This document shows positions 20,216-29,052 of a stretch of DNA of 32,000 nucleotides, piece after piece. A program made the translations under genes and the position numbers. Each line of letters begins with the position of its first letter. The stretch's first letter is position 1. The DNA is taken from assembly GCF_000940845.1 (NCBI RefSeq), contig NZ_CP010341.1:900001-932000 (forward strand). Direction: 5' to 3'. The notes below the pieces were generated by a model that saw only the letters and a program-made list of their open reading frames with translations, was not told the DNA's origin and made no database searches. This stretch comes from Propionibacterium freudenreichii subsp. freudenreichii. Its GTDB lineage: Bacteria; Actinomycetota; Actinomycetes; Propionibacteriales; Propionibacteriaceae.

Positions 20216-22834
20216 TCAGTTCTTCTTTTTCTTCACCGGCGGCTCGCCCAGGGTGATCTGGGCGCCCACCTCGTCGCCGGCCTCCTGCCAGGCGATGTCG
20301 GTCTCGATATGGCCGACCGCGCTCAGGTCGGCGGCTGCCGACTTCAGGTGGGCCACCGCGGTGGCGGGGCCACTGAGCGTGATGTCGATCACCGGGGTCT
20401 TCATCGAGACCTTGGCGTCCGACTTGGCGCCACGCACCAGGATGAGCGCTGCGGCCACGTCGGTGACCAGCTGCGGGTCACCCGTGGAGGGCAACTCGTC
20501 GACGGTGGGCCAGCTCGCAGTGTGCACCGAGCCAGGCTTCCACCAGCTCCAGACCTCCTCGGTGACGAAGGGCATGAAGGGTGCCAGCAAGCGCAGGATC
20601 ACCGACAGGGCCAGCTGCAGTGACGCATTGGCCGAAGCCGCGGCCCGGGGTCCCTGGGCGCCGTAGGCGCGTTCCTTCACCAGTTCGAGGTAATCGTCGC
20701 AGAAGCTCCAGAAGAACTCCTCGGTGACTTCCAGGGCGCTGGTGTAGTCGAACGCCTCGAGGTCCTTGGTCGCCTTGGCCACCACGGCGCGCAGGGCGGT
20801 CATCTCGGCGACGTCCACCGGCACGGTGATCTCTTCGGGATCAGTGGCCTCTCCCATGCCCAGCACGAAGCGGCTGGCGTTGAGCACCTTCATGGCCAGG
20901 CGACGCCCGACCTTCATCTGGCGCTCGTCGAAGGGGGAGTCGAGTCCGGGACGGGCCATGGCGGCGCGCCAGCGCACGGCGTCGGCACCGTACTTGTCGA
21001 GGATGTCGGTGGGAACCACCACATTGCCCTTCGACTTGCTCATCTTCTTGCGATCGGGATCCATCACGAAGCCCGAGATCATCGCGCGTGCCCACGGCAC
21101 CTCGTTGAACTCAAAGTGCGCCCGCACCACCCGGCTGAACAGCCAGGTGCGGATGATGTCATGGGCCTGGGGCGCCAGGTCCATCGGGAAGGTGAGCTTG
21201 AACAGCTCCGGGTCACGCTCCCAGCCGGTCACGATCTCGGGGGTCAGGGAGCTGGTTGCCCAGGTGTCCATCACATCGGGGTCGGCCATGAAGCCGTTCG
21301 GCTTGCCGCGCTGGGCCTCCGAATAGCCATCGGGCACGTCGGAGGTCGGGTCGATCGGCAACTCGGCGGCGCTGGCCATCAGCGGCTCGTCATAGTCGGG
21401 GTCGCCGTTGGCATCCAGCCGGTACCAGATGGGGAAGGGGATGCCGAAGAAGCGCTGGCGACTGACCAGCCAGTCCCCGTTGAGGCCCTCGACCCAGTTG
21501 GTGTAGCGGTGGCGCATGTACTCCGGCACGAAGTCGATGTCATCGCCGCAGTTGATGAGCGTCTGCTTCAACTCGTCATCGCGTCCGCCATTGCGGATGT
21601 ACCACTGGCGCGTCGAGACGATTTCCAGCGGCTTGTCGCCCTTCTCATAGAAGTTCGCCTTGCGCTGGGTCGGCTCGGGTTCCCCGATCATCTCACCGGA
21701 CGCCTTGAGCGCCTCCACCATGGCCGCGCGGGCCGAGAAGACCGTCTTGCCGGCCAGCTTGTCGTCGTAGAAGGTCGGATCGGGCAGCCAGTCGGGGATC
21801 TCGCGGGTGAAGCGCCCGTCACGACCGATCACGGTGCGCGTGGGAAGGCGCAGTTCACGCCACCACAGCACGTCGGTGAGGTCACCGAAGGTGCAGCACA
21901 TGGCGATGCCGGCGCCCTTGTCCATCTCGGCGGCCGGATGGGCCAACACGGGCACCTCGACGCCGAAGATCGGGGTCTTCACCATCGTGCCGAACAGGTG
22001 CTGGTAGCGGGTGTCGTCGGGGTGGGCGATCAGTGCGCAACAACTGACCACCAGCTCGGGACGCGTCGTCTCGATGAAGACGTCCTCACCGTCGGGGCGG
22101 TGGAAGGCGAGCCGATGGTAGGCGCCCGGGTAGTCCCGAGCCGCGAGCTCGGCCTGGGCCACGGCGGTCTGGAAGGTGACATCCCACATGGTGGGTGCCT
22201 CGGCCATGTAGGCCTCGCCGCGCTCGTAGTTGCGCAGGAACGCGAGCTGCGAGATGCGCTGGGTCTCCTCGCCGATCGTCGTGTAGAGCTGCTTCCAGTC
22301 CACGGACAGCCCCACCTGGTGCCACAACTGCTCGAAGGCCTTCTCGTCCACCTTGGTGAGCTGACGGCACAGGTCGATGAAGTTGCGGCGGCTGATGGGG
22401 ATCTGGTGCTTCGCATCGGGCTTGGCCGGCGGCTGGAAGTCGGGGTCGTAGGGCACCGACGGATCACAGCGCACGCCGAAGAAGTTCTGCACGCGACGCT
22501 CGGTGGGCAGGCCGTTGTCGTCCCAGCCCATCGGGTAGAAGACCTGCTTGCCGAGCATCCGCTGGTAGCGGGCGATCACGTCAGTATGGGTATAGCTGAA
22601 CACATGGCCCACGTGGAGTGAACCCGACACCGTGGGCGGAGGCGTATCGATGCTGAACACCTGGGGACGGCTCTCCGGCCGCTTGAAGGCGTAGAGCTGC
22701 TCATCCTCCCAGGCCTCGGCCCATTTGGACTCCAGGCCCTCCAGTACCGGACGATCGGGGACCTTCCAGCCCGACGATCCCGACGCGGGGGCCGAACGTG
22801 TGTCTTGTGCTGAGGAGTCAGGTGCTGCGGTCAT
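20216..22834 (-). CDS. valS: Valine--tRNA ligase
   Basis: It has the HIGH-type motif PPPTVSGSLHVGHVFSY, KMSKSKGN and a long C-terminal coiled-coil region. The start is ATG at 22834 (AGGA 8 nt upstream) or 22843; the track ORF extends to 22894. Confidence 0.95.
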   Translation of the reverse strand: MTAAPDSSAQDTRSAPASGSSGWKVPDRPVLEGLESKWAEAWEDEQLYAFKRPESRPQVFSIDTPPPTVSGSLHVGHVFSYTHTDVIARYQRMLGKQVFYPMGWDDNGLPTERRVQNFFGVRCDPSVPYDPDFQPPAKPDAKHQIPISRRNFIDLCRQLTKVDEKAFEQLWHQVGLSVDWKQLYTTIGEETQRISQLAFLRNYERGEAYMAEAPTMWDVTFQTAVAQAELAARDYPGAYHRLAFHRPDGEDVFIETTRPELVVSCCALIAHPDDTRYQHLFGTMVKTPIFGVEVPVLAHPAAEMDKGAGIAMCCTFGDLTDVLWWRELRLPTRTVIGRDGRFTREIPDWLPDPTFYDDKLAGKTVFSARAAMVEALKASGEMIGEPEPTQRKANFYEKGDKPLEIVSTRQWYIRNGGRDDELKQTLINCGDDIDFVPEYMRHRYTNWVEGLNGDWLVSRQRFFGIPFPIWYRLDANGDPDYDEPLMASAAELPIDPTSDVPDGYSEAQRGKPNGFMADPDVMDTWATSSLTPEIVTGWERDPELFKLTFPMDLAPQAHDIIRTWLFSRVVRAHFEFNEVPWARAMISGFVMDPDRKKMSKSKGNVVVPTDILDKYGADAVRWRAAMARPGLDSPFDERQMKVGRRLAMKVLNASRFVLGMGEATDPEEITVPVDVAEMTALRAVVAKATKDLEAFDYTSALEVTEEFFWSFCDDYLELVKERAYGAQGPRAAASANASLQLALSVILRLLAPFMPFVTEEVWSWWKPGSVHTASWPTVDELPSTGDPQLVTDVAAALILVRGAKSDAKVSMKTPVIDITLSGPATAVAHLKSAAADLSAVGHIETDIAWQEAGDEVGAQITLGEPPVKKKKN

Positions 22835-22932
22835 GGCTGACATCCTATCGAGCGTGCCGAATGGCCCCCACGCCGTCGGCTGGCTCGGACGCACCCCGTG
22901 GACGTTGTGTCCTTTCCGGGTGGTCGGAGGCC

Positions 22933-23727
22933 TCAGACGCCCCGCACGAGCTTCATGATGTCATCCTCGGTGGGGTTGGTCTTGCGGGGCATGTCGATCT
23001 TCCTGTCATTGGCCAGGAAGGTCGGCGTGCCGTTGTATCCGTCGGCCTGGGCCTGACGGTCCACGGCGTCGACGAAGGCGTTCATCTCGCCCTTGTCGTA
23101 GCTGGACTGGAACTTGGCCAGGTCGTCGCCGGTGATTCCGGCCGCCTGCGGGAAGGCGTTGCGCAGCTGGTCATCGGTGTAACCGGTGCCCTCCTTCGCA
23201 GGCTGGTTCGAGAACACGGTGTCGTGGTACTCCTGATACTTCCCGAAGGTGTCCGCAATGGCTGCGGCCCGGGCTGCGCGCACCGAGGAATCATTCTTCA
23301 GGTTGATGTCCAGGAAATAGCGCGTGCGGTATTCCAGCCTGATCTCGCCCTTCTTGGCCAACGACTCGAACACCGGCCCGAAGACCGTCTCATATGTGTG
23401 GCAGATCGGGCACTGGAAGTCGTCGATCACGGTGAGCACCGGTGCTGAATCGTTGACATTGTCGGCGGAGAACACGCCCTTGTCGCCGGGGGAGGCATGT
23501 GGGGGACGGACACTCACCACCGTTGAGGTTGCCCCGGAACCACCCGACCGTTTCCCGAACACACCACCGGCGGCCATGGCGATCACGGCGACCAACACCG
23601 CTGCAACGACCACCGCCACGGCGACGACGGTGATGCGCTTGCGGCGGGCGGCCGCAGCCTCGCGTTCACGGGCGGCGCGCAGCTGCTCGCGGCGACTCGC
23701 CGACTTGGCGGCGTTGGATGAGGCCAT
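22933..23727 (-). CDS. Membrane-anchored DsbA/MdbA-like thiol:disulfide oxidoreductase, copy 1 (CPIC)
   Basis: It has an N-terminal basic segment, a single TM helix (ITVVAVAVVVAAVLVAVIAMAA), and a thioredoxin/DsbA domain with VIDDFQCPICH. The ATG is preceded by GAAAGG. Confidence 0.88.
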   Translation of the reverse strand: MASSNAAKSASRREQLRAAREREAAAARRKRITVVAVAVVVAAVLVAVIAMAAGGVFGKRSGGSGATSTVVSVRPPHASPGDKGVFSADNVNDSAPVLTVIDDFQCPICHTYETVFGPVFESLAKKGEIRLEYRTRYFLDINLKNDSSVRAARAAAIADTFGKYQEYHDTVFSNQPAKEGTGYTDDQLRNAFPQAAGITGDDLAKFQSSYDKGEMNAFVDAVDRQAQADGYNGTPTFLANDRKIDMPRKTNPTEDDIMKLVRGV

Positions 23728-23926
23728 GGTCAACCTTTCGTGGGATCACCGGGAATGCTCCATGTGCCCTCGTCAGGCAGGCCCGGGGCGATGTCACATG
23801 GAGACATCATCCATGAGGAATCATGCCGGATGGGGGATTTTCGGCAAGAGCGCAGGCCCGATGCGCCGCCCCGCCCACGAGACGTCCCGCCCACGAAAAG
23901 CGCGCGACGCGCTGACAGGACGCAAG

Positions 23927-23964
23927 CACCCCGCGTCGCTCCAGCGGGGGAACGACGCGGGGTG
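23927..23964 (-). terminator. Hairpin downstream of DsbA copy 2, separating the two paralogs
   Basis: CACCCCGCGTCG / CGACGCGGGGTG forms a 12-bp stem with a 14-nt loop, beginning 27 nt after the copy-2 stop on the minus strand. Confidence 0.45.
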
Positions 23965-23990
23965 CGTCTCGAGAAGAGTGTCGGTGACCC

Positions 23991-24785
23991 TCAGGCTGCC
24001 TTCACGATCTGCATCACATAGTCCTCGGTGGGAGCCGAATTGGTGAACTTGATCTGCTTGTCGTTGGACAGGAAGGTCGGAGTCGAGTTGTAGCCGTCGG
24101 CGCTGGCGTTCTTGTCCACGGCGTCGACGAAGGCGTTCATCTCGCCCTTGTCGTAGCTGGACTGGAACTTGGCCAGGTCGTCGCCGGTGATGCCGGCTGC
24201 CTGCGGGAAGCTGTTGCGCAGCTGGTCATCGGTGTAACCGACTCCCTCCTGGCTCGGCTGATTCGAGAACACGGTGTCGTGGTACTCCTGGTACTTCCCG
24301 AAGGTGTCGGCAATGGCCGCGGCCCGGGCCGCGCGCACCGAGGAATCATTCTTCAGGTTGATGTCCAGGAAATAGCGCGTGCGGTACTCGAGCCTGATCT
24401 CGCCCTTCTTGGCCAACGACTCGAACACCGGCCCATAGACGGTTTCGTACTGGTGGCACGCGGGGCACTGGAAGTCATCGACCACGGTCAGCACGGGGGC
24501 GGAGTTGTTCGTGTTGTCGGCGGAGAACACTCCCTTGTCGCCGGGGGAGGCGTTGGGGGGCCGCACGCTGACGGTGGTGGCAGTCCCCTTCGTCGAGGAG
24601 CCTGACTTGCTGGAGAAGACGCCGGAGGCGGCCATCGCGATCACGGCAACCAGGGCGGCGATGATGACGACCACGACGGTCACGATGATGATGCGCTTGC
24701 GGCGGGCGGCCGCAGCCTCGCGTTCACGGGCGGCGCGCAGCTGCTCGCGGCGACTCGCCGACTTGGCGGCGTTGGATGAGGCCAT
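23991..24785 (-). CDS. Membrane-anchored DsbA/MdbA-like thiol:disulfide oxidoreductase, copy 2 (CPAC)
   Basis: The architecture matches copy 1, with active site VVDDFQCPACH. By eye it is roughly four-fifths identical to copy 1 at the protein level. The two genes are offset by exactly 1058 bp. Confidence 0.88.
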   Translation of the reverse strand: MASSNAAKSASRREQLRAAREREAAAARRKRIIIVTVVVVIIAALVAVIAMAASGVFSSKSGSSTKGTATTVSVRPPNASPGDKGVFSADNTNNSAPVLTVVDDFQCPACHQYETVYGPVFESLAKKGEIRLEYRTRYFLDINLKNDSSVRAARAAAIADTFGKYQEYHDTVFSNQPSQEGVGYTDDQLRNSFPQAAGITGDDLAKFQSSYDKGEMNAFVDAVDKNASADGYNSTPTFLSNDKQIKFTNSAPTEDYVMQIVKAA

Positions 24786-24820
24786 GGTCAACCTTTCATG
24801 AGGGGTCAGTCGGGAAAGCT

Positions 24821-25432
24821 TCAGGAGCCCTGGTGGGGCGTCTTCTCGGCGTGGGCGGGCACATGGTCGTCGTCATCGACGGACAGCGGCCGGAACAGCC
24901 AGCCATCCACGGACAGGGCGGTGCGTGGCCGGATGACGAGCCAGACGCTGGCGGCAAGCAGGCCGATGTCGCGAATGATGTCCCACAGGTACTGGGGCTT
25001 CTGGTCCGAACTGAGGATGCCGCCCTGGCCGAAGCAGCCGCAGTCAAGGCGCAGGCCGTGCGCCCATGCCCAGGCGATGCCGAAGGTGAACACGATCATC
25101 GCCAGGCCGTTGAGCACCGAGGCGACGCGCGTGAACAGGCCAACGACCAGTAGCGCTCCGACGACGAGCTCCAGGGGCGGTTGGGCATAGCCGATCAGCG
25201 TGCTGAGCGTGTCGCCCAACCCCAACTGGTACAACTTCACCTGTTCCACGTTCAGCGGCAGGTTGCCGATCTTGGTGGCGCCCGCCCAGATCATCACGAC
25301 GCCGGTCAGCAGGCGGAGCGCCAGTCCCACCCAATCGCGCCAATCCTGCGGGCGACGCAGTGCGCGCGGCGGGGTGACGCGACTCGGTTCGGAACTCACG
25401 GTGGGCAGCATACCCGGGACAATGGGGTGCAT
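24821..25432 (-). CDS. MauE/DoxX-family redox-associated membrane protein with a CGCFG motif
   Basis: It has four predicted TM helices (..WVGLALRLLTGVVMIWAGATK.., ..LELVVGALLVVGLF.., ..LNGLAMIVFTFGIAWAWAHGLRLDCGCFG.., ..IGLLAASVWLVI..). The start is uncertain (ATG 25432 or 25411); the track ORF extends to 25528. Its stop lies 35 bp upstream of DsbA copy 2. Confidence 0.8.
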   Translation of the reverse strand: MHPIVPGMLPTVSSEPSRVTPPRALRRPQDWRDWVGLALRLLTGVVMIWAGATKIGNLPLNVEQVKLYQLGLGDTLSTLIGYAQPPLELVVGALLVVGLFTRVASVLNGLAMIVFTFGIAWAWAHGLRLDCGCFGQGGILSSDQKPQYLWDIIRDIGLLAASVWLVIRPRTALSVDGWLFRPLSVDDDDHVPAHAEKTPHQGS

Positions 25433-25546
25433 CGACCCGGATGAAGCGGCCGATATCGGGCCTGTGACCCCGCTGAGTGCCACGCGGACAAGACCGCGTG
25501 ATGCGTCGGCGCCGAGCTCCACGGCCACTGGCTAGGCTTGCAGTCG

Positions 25547-27052
25547 ATGAACAGCACCCAGGGGCTCCCCGCTGACAGCCCGCGACACAGCATTGTGACC
25601 GGCGGCTTTGATTCCGGCGATCCGCAACGTCACGCACATATCGTCTCCGAGCTCACCGGACGCTGGCCGGAGAACCGCGTGGGACCCTCCCTCGACCGCA
25701 TTGCGCGACTGTGCGAGCTCCTGGGGTCGCCCCAGCGCAGCGCCCCGGTGATCCAGATCACCGGCACGAACGGCAAGGGCAGCACCGCCATCATGATCGA
25801 TGCCCTGCTGCGGGCCATGGGCCTGCGCACCGGACGGTTCAGCTCACCCCACCTGCAGGACCTCACCGAACGGATCTGCATCGATGGCCAGCCCATCGCC
25901 CCCGACCGCTTCGACGAGCTGTGGGAACAGGTCGAACCGTTGGTCACGATGGTCGACGACCAACGCCTGGACGGCATCGAGATGACCTTCTTCGAGGTGA
26001 TGACGGGGCTGGCCTACGCGGCGTTCGCCGACGCACCCGTTGACGTGATGATCATGGAGGTCGGCATGGGTGGGCGTTGGGACGCCACCAATGTTGCCGA
26101 TGCCCAGGTGGCCGTGGTCGGTCCGGTGGCGATGGACCACATGCAGTACCTCGGGGACACGATCGCCGAGATCGCCACCGAGAAGGCGGGCATCATCAAG
26201 GCCGGTTCGACGGCCGTCATCGCGGGCCAGAGCGCCGATGCGGCACGCGTCCTGGCCCAACGCTGCCTCGAGGTGGGGGCCCCCATGGTGCGTGAGGGCA
26301 TCGATTTCGGCCTGCTCGACCGTCAGCCCGCCGTGAGCGGGCAGCTGTTGCGCCTGGACACGGCCTCGGGTCCGATCGGCGACATCTTCCTTCCGTTGCT
26401 GGGTGCCCACATGGCCCACAACGCCGCACTGGCGTTGGCCAGTGTCGAGGCGTTCATGGGGGGCAAGGGCCTTGACCCGACGGTGATCGAGGCGGGATTC
26501 GGCCAGGTGGTGGCTCCGGCGCGCCTGGAGACGGTGCATTCCGAGCCCACCGTGGTGCTCGACACCGCACACAATCCCCATGGCGTGAAGGCGACCCTCG
26601 AGGCGTTGCGGGAGGCCTTCACCTTCCGTCCGCTGATCGCCGTGGTTGCAATGATGGCCGACAAGCAGGTCGACCAGGTGCTCGCCCAACTGGAGGCGGT
26701 TGCCGACATCATCGTGGTGAGCCATGTGTCGGGCAGCCGTCGCGCGATGTCGGTGGCCGAGCTTGCCGATCTGGCCACGGGAATCTTCGGTGCCAACCGG
26801 GTGCGCACCGCCGATGACGTCTCCCAGGCACTGTCCACGGCCATGGGACTGGCCGAGCAGTCCGGCGAGGGCGCCGGCGTGCTCGTGATCGGCTCGGTCT
26901 ACCTGGCAGGCGAGGTCCGCGACATCCTGGTGGGCCACGACGTGACCACTGTCGGGCAGCCCCTGCGACTGGGCGCCGACGACCTGCAGGTCGGCGAACG
27001 TCGCCCGGCCATCATCGATGCCGACGACGAGGACGTCGACGACGAGGATTGA
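25547..27052 (+). CDS. folC: Bifunctional folylpolyglutamate synthase / dihydrofolate synthase
   Basis: It has the Mur-ligase P-loop ITGTNGKGST and ..SPHLQDLTERI.. The C-terminus is acidic (DADDEDVDDED). I prefer ATG 25547; the track start is TTG 25538. Confidence 0.92.
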   Translation: MNSTQGLPADSPRHSIVTGGFDSGDPQRHAHIVSELTGRWPENRVGPSLDRIARLCELLGSPQRSAPVIQITGTNGKGSTAIMIDALLRAMGLRTGRFSSPHLQDLTERICIDGQPIAPDRFDELWEQVEPLVTMVDDQRLDGIEMTFFEVMTGLAYAAFADAPVDVMIMEVGMGGRWDATNVADAQVAVVGPVAMDHMQYLGDTIAEIATEKAGIIKAGSTAVIAGQSADAARVLAQRCLEVGAPMVREGIDFGLLDRQPAVSGQLLRLDTASGPIGDIFLPLLGAHMAHNAALALASVEAFMGGKGLDPTVIEAGFGQVVAPARLETVHSEPTVVLDTAHNPHGVKATLEALREAFTFRPLIAVVAMMADKQVDQVLAQLEAVADIIVVSHVSGSRRAMSVAELADLATGIFGANRVRTADDVSQALSTAMGLAEQSGEGAGVLVIGSVYLAGEVRDILVGHDVTTVGQPLRLGADDLQVGERRPAIIDADDEDVDDED

Positions 27053-27162
27053 GGCGCGGCACGGCACGCCCAGCGTTGCTTGCGTCAGTCCGCGCTGAGC
27101 CGAACTCTGCCGGATACGGGCGCGCCACCGAGATCGACAGGCACATTGTTTAAGGTGTGGGA

Positions 27163-27639
27163 GTGAGTGAATCGCGCCACGACCCGCCCGGGGGGGTCTC
27201 CTCGCCGGAAGTCCAGTCCCCGGAGGCCCGGTCGGAACGAACGCTGGTCCTGCTGAAGCCCGATGCCGTCCGGCGTGGCTTGGTGGGAGAGATCATCGCC
27301 CGGTATGAGCGCAAGGGCCTGCGGATCCGCGCGATGCAACTGCGTCATGTGGATGCCGACTTGGCCGCCAAGCACTATGCGGAACATGTCGACGCGCCCT
27401 ATTACCCGGCCGTCGAGGCATTCATCACCTGTGGCCCGGTTGTGGCCCTTGCCCTCGAGGGCGAGAATGCGATCACCATCGTGCGCGCCATGCATGGTGC
27501 CACCGATCCTTCCGAGGCACGTCCGGGCACGGTGCGTGGGGACTACTCCCTGAGCACCCGGATGAACTTGGTGCACGCCTCGGATTCACCCAAATCAGCG
27601 CAGCGCGAGCTGGCGCTGTGGTTCGGACAGGACTTATGA
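27163..27639 (+). CDS. ndk: Nucleoside diphosphate kinase with an N-terminal extension of about 24 aa
   Basis: ERTLVLLKPDAVRRGLVGEIIARYERKGL.., with catalytic His in NLVHASD. The start is GTG 27163 or 27157. No ATG, GTG or TTG lies closer to the conserved core. Confidence 0.93.
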   Translation: MSESRHDPPGGVSSPEVQSPEARSERTLVLLKPDAVRRGLVGEIIARYERKGLRIRAMQLRHVDADLAAKHYAEHVDAPYYPAVEAFITCGPVVALALEGENAITIVRAMHGATDPSEARPGTVRGDYSLSTRMNLVHASDSPKSAQRELALWFGQDL

Positions 27640-28976
27640 GCGAAAACAACCACCCCCAATCCGACGGCACGCCCGGCCCTTCACAGTGGGGTCCGCCACA
27701 ACCCCGTCAGTTGCCTGAGCCAGCAGGTGTTCCTCACGGCCTCCCGGTGTCAGATTCATCGGTGTCGTCCGCGCCCGCAGGCGCCGCGCGCCTGCAATAC
27801 CCGACGAGCGGATCCACCCCGGTGCCGGCTCGTGATCAGGCCGCAATGGCGTGGCAGTATGCCCCTTACCTCCCGGCCGAGCGCGATCTGCCGACAAGGC
27901 CGACCCATTACCACGGATTCTGGCGCACCGAGAAGTGGCGTTGGTGGCGGGTACTACTGGCTGCTGCAGTCACTCTGGCGGGCTTCTTCGGCACCGGGTT
28001 CGCCTTTGGGTTGTTCGGCTATGCCATTGATTTCGCGCGCACCGGAAAGATCGATGGTCCGGGAACGGGGCTGACCGCCGGACTGTTTCTGGGCAACAAC
28101 CTCGCGCTCGCCAGCCTGATCCCGATTGCGCTGCTCGTCTCGCTGGTGTTCCGCCAGCCGATGCGGTGGATGTCAAGCGTCACCGGACGCTTTCGATGGC
28201 GGTGGTTCGGTGCCTGCCTGGCGTGGTGTTTGCCTTTCTGGATCGTGCTGGCAACACTCACCTCCTTGGTCGGCGAGAAGGGCGAGCTCGCAATGCACAA
28301 GGACACCGTGTTCATGATCTTCGCGGTGCTGCTGACCACGCCGCTGCAATGCGTCGGCGAGGAGTTCCTGTGCCGCGGCATCGTGAACCGTGGAGTTGCC
28401 AGCTTCTTTCCCCAAACCACGCGGCTGCTTCAGGTCCTGTCGGCGATCGCCGGCGGGGCTGTGAGCTCTGTGGTCTTCATGTTGTTGCACAACGCCGGTG
28501 ATGTATGGCTCAACGTCAATTATTTCCTCTTTGCGTCGATCGGTTGTTACCTGGGCTGGGTCACCGGCGGACTCGAGGCGTCGTCCGCGATGCACATCAT
28601 CAATAACCTGACAGCTATGGCGACACTGCCGTTCACCGATTTCAGCGGCATGTTCAACCGTGAGGCGGGCAGCTCAAGCCCGGCAATACTGTTGATCGAC
28701 CTGACCCCGGTGGTGTTGGCCGCCATCGTGCTGACCTGGCGCGCCCATCGCAAGAAGATCACCAATGTCTCGGCGCCAGGTGCCGCCGGGCCGACGGCAC
28801 CTCCAGCCCCGGCCCAACCGATCCAGCCCCCCGCTCCCTATGGCCAGCCCGGCTGGGCCACCGGTCCGCAGCAGGGCCCCTCGCAGGAATATCCCCCGCA
28901 GGGGTATTGGGGTCCCCGCCAGTTCTGCGGCAGCCCCGGGATGGTTCCCGGCAGGATCCGCTGGGGCAGCGCGTGA
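27636..28976 (+). CDS. CPBP-family (CAAX protease / Abi, PF02517-type) intramembrane glutamic endopeptidase with Pro-rich N- and C-terminal tails
   Basis: Motif 1 is GEEFLCRG (EExxxR), motif 2 FMLLHN (FxxxH) and motif 3 HIINN (HxxxN), set within a polytopic core. ATG 27636 overlaps the ndk TGA (ATGA). Confidence 0.85.
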   Translation: MSENNHPQSDGTPGPSQWGPPQPRQLPEPAGVPHGLPVSDSSVSSAPAGAARLQYPTSGSTPVPARDQAAMAWQYAPYLPAERDLPTRPTHYHGFWRTEKWRWWRVLLAAAVTLAGFFGTGFAFGLFGYAIDFARTGKIDGPGTGLTAGLFLGNNLALASLIPIALLVSLVFRQPMRWMSSVTGRFRWRWFGACLAWCLPFWIVLATLTSLVGEKGELAMHKDTVFMIFAVLLTTPLQCVGEEFLCRGIVNRGVASFFPQTTRLLQVLSAIAGGAVSSVVFMLLHNAGDVWLNVNYFLFASIGCYLGWVTGGLEASSAMHIINNLTAMATLPFTDFSGMFNREAGSSSPAILLIDLTPVVLAAIVLTWRAHRKKITNVSAPGAAGPTAPPAPAQPIQPPAPYGQPGWATGPQQGPSQEYPPQGYWGPRQFCGSPGMVPGRIRWGSA

Positions 28977-29052
28977 CAGCCCCGTTTCACGGGCCTGATT
29001 ACCCTGAGTGCTGGGTTGCGCCCAGATCGTGACCTCGACAGGAGTTTTCACA

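Noticed and set aside
22835-22932. Possible T-box or other leader RNA upstream of valS
   Set aside because: I could not find the conserved T-box sequence (GGUGGUACCGCG-like). Only an imperfect stem (GACCACCCGG...CGGGGTGCGTC) is present, which may simply be the terminator of the upstream dsbA-like gene.
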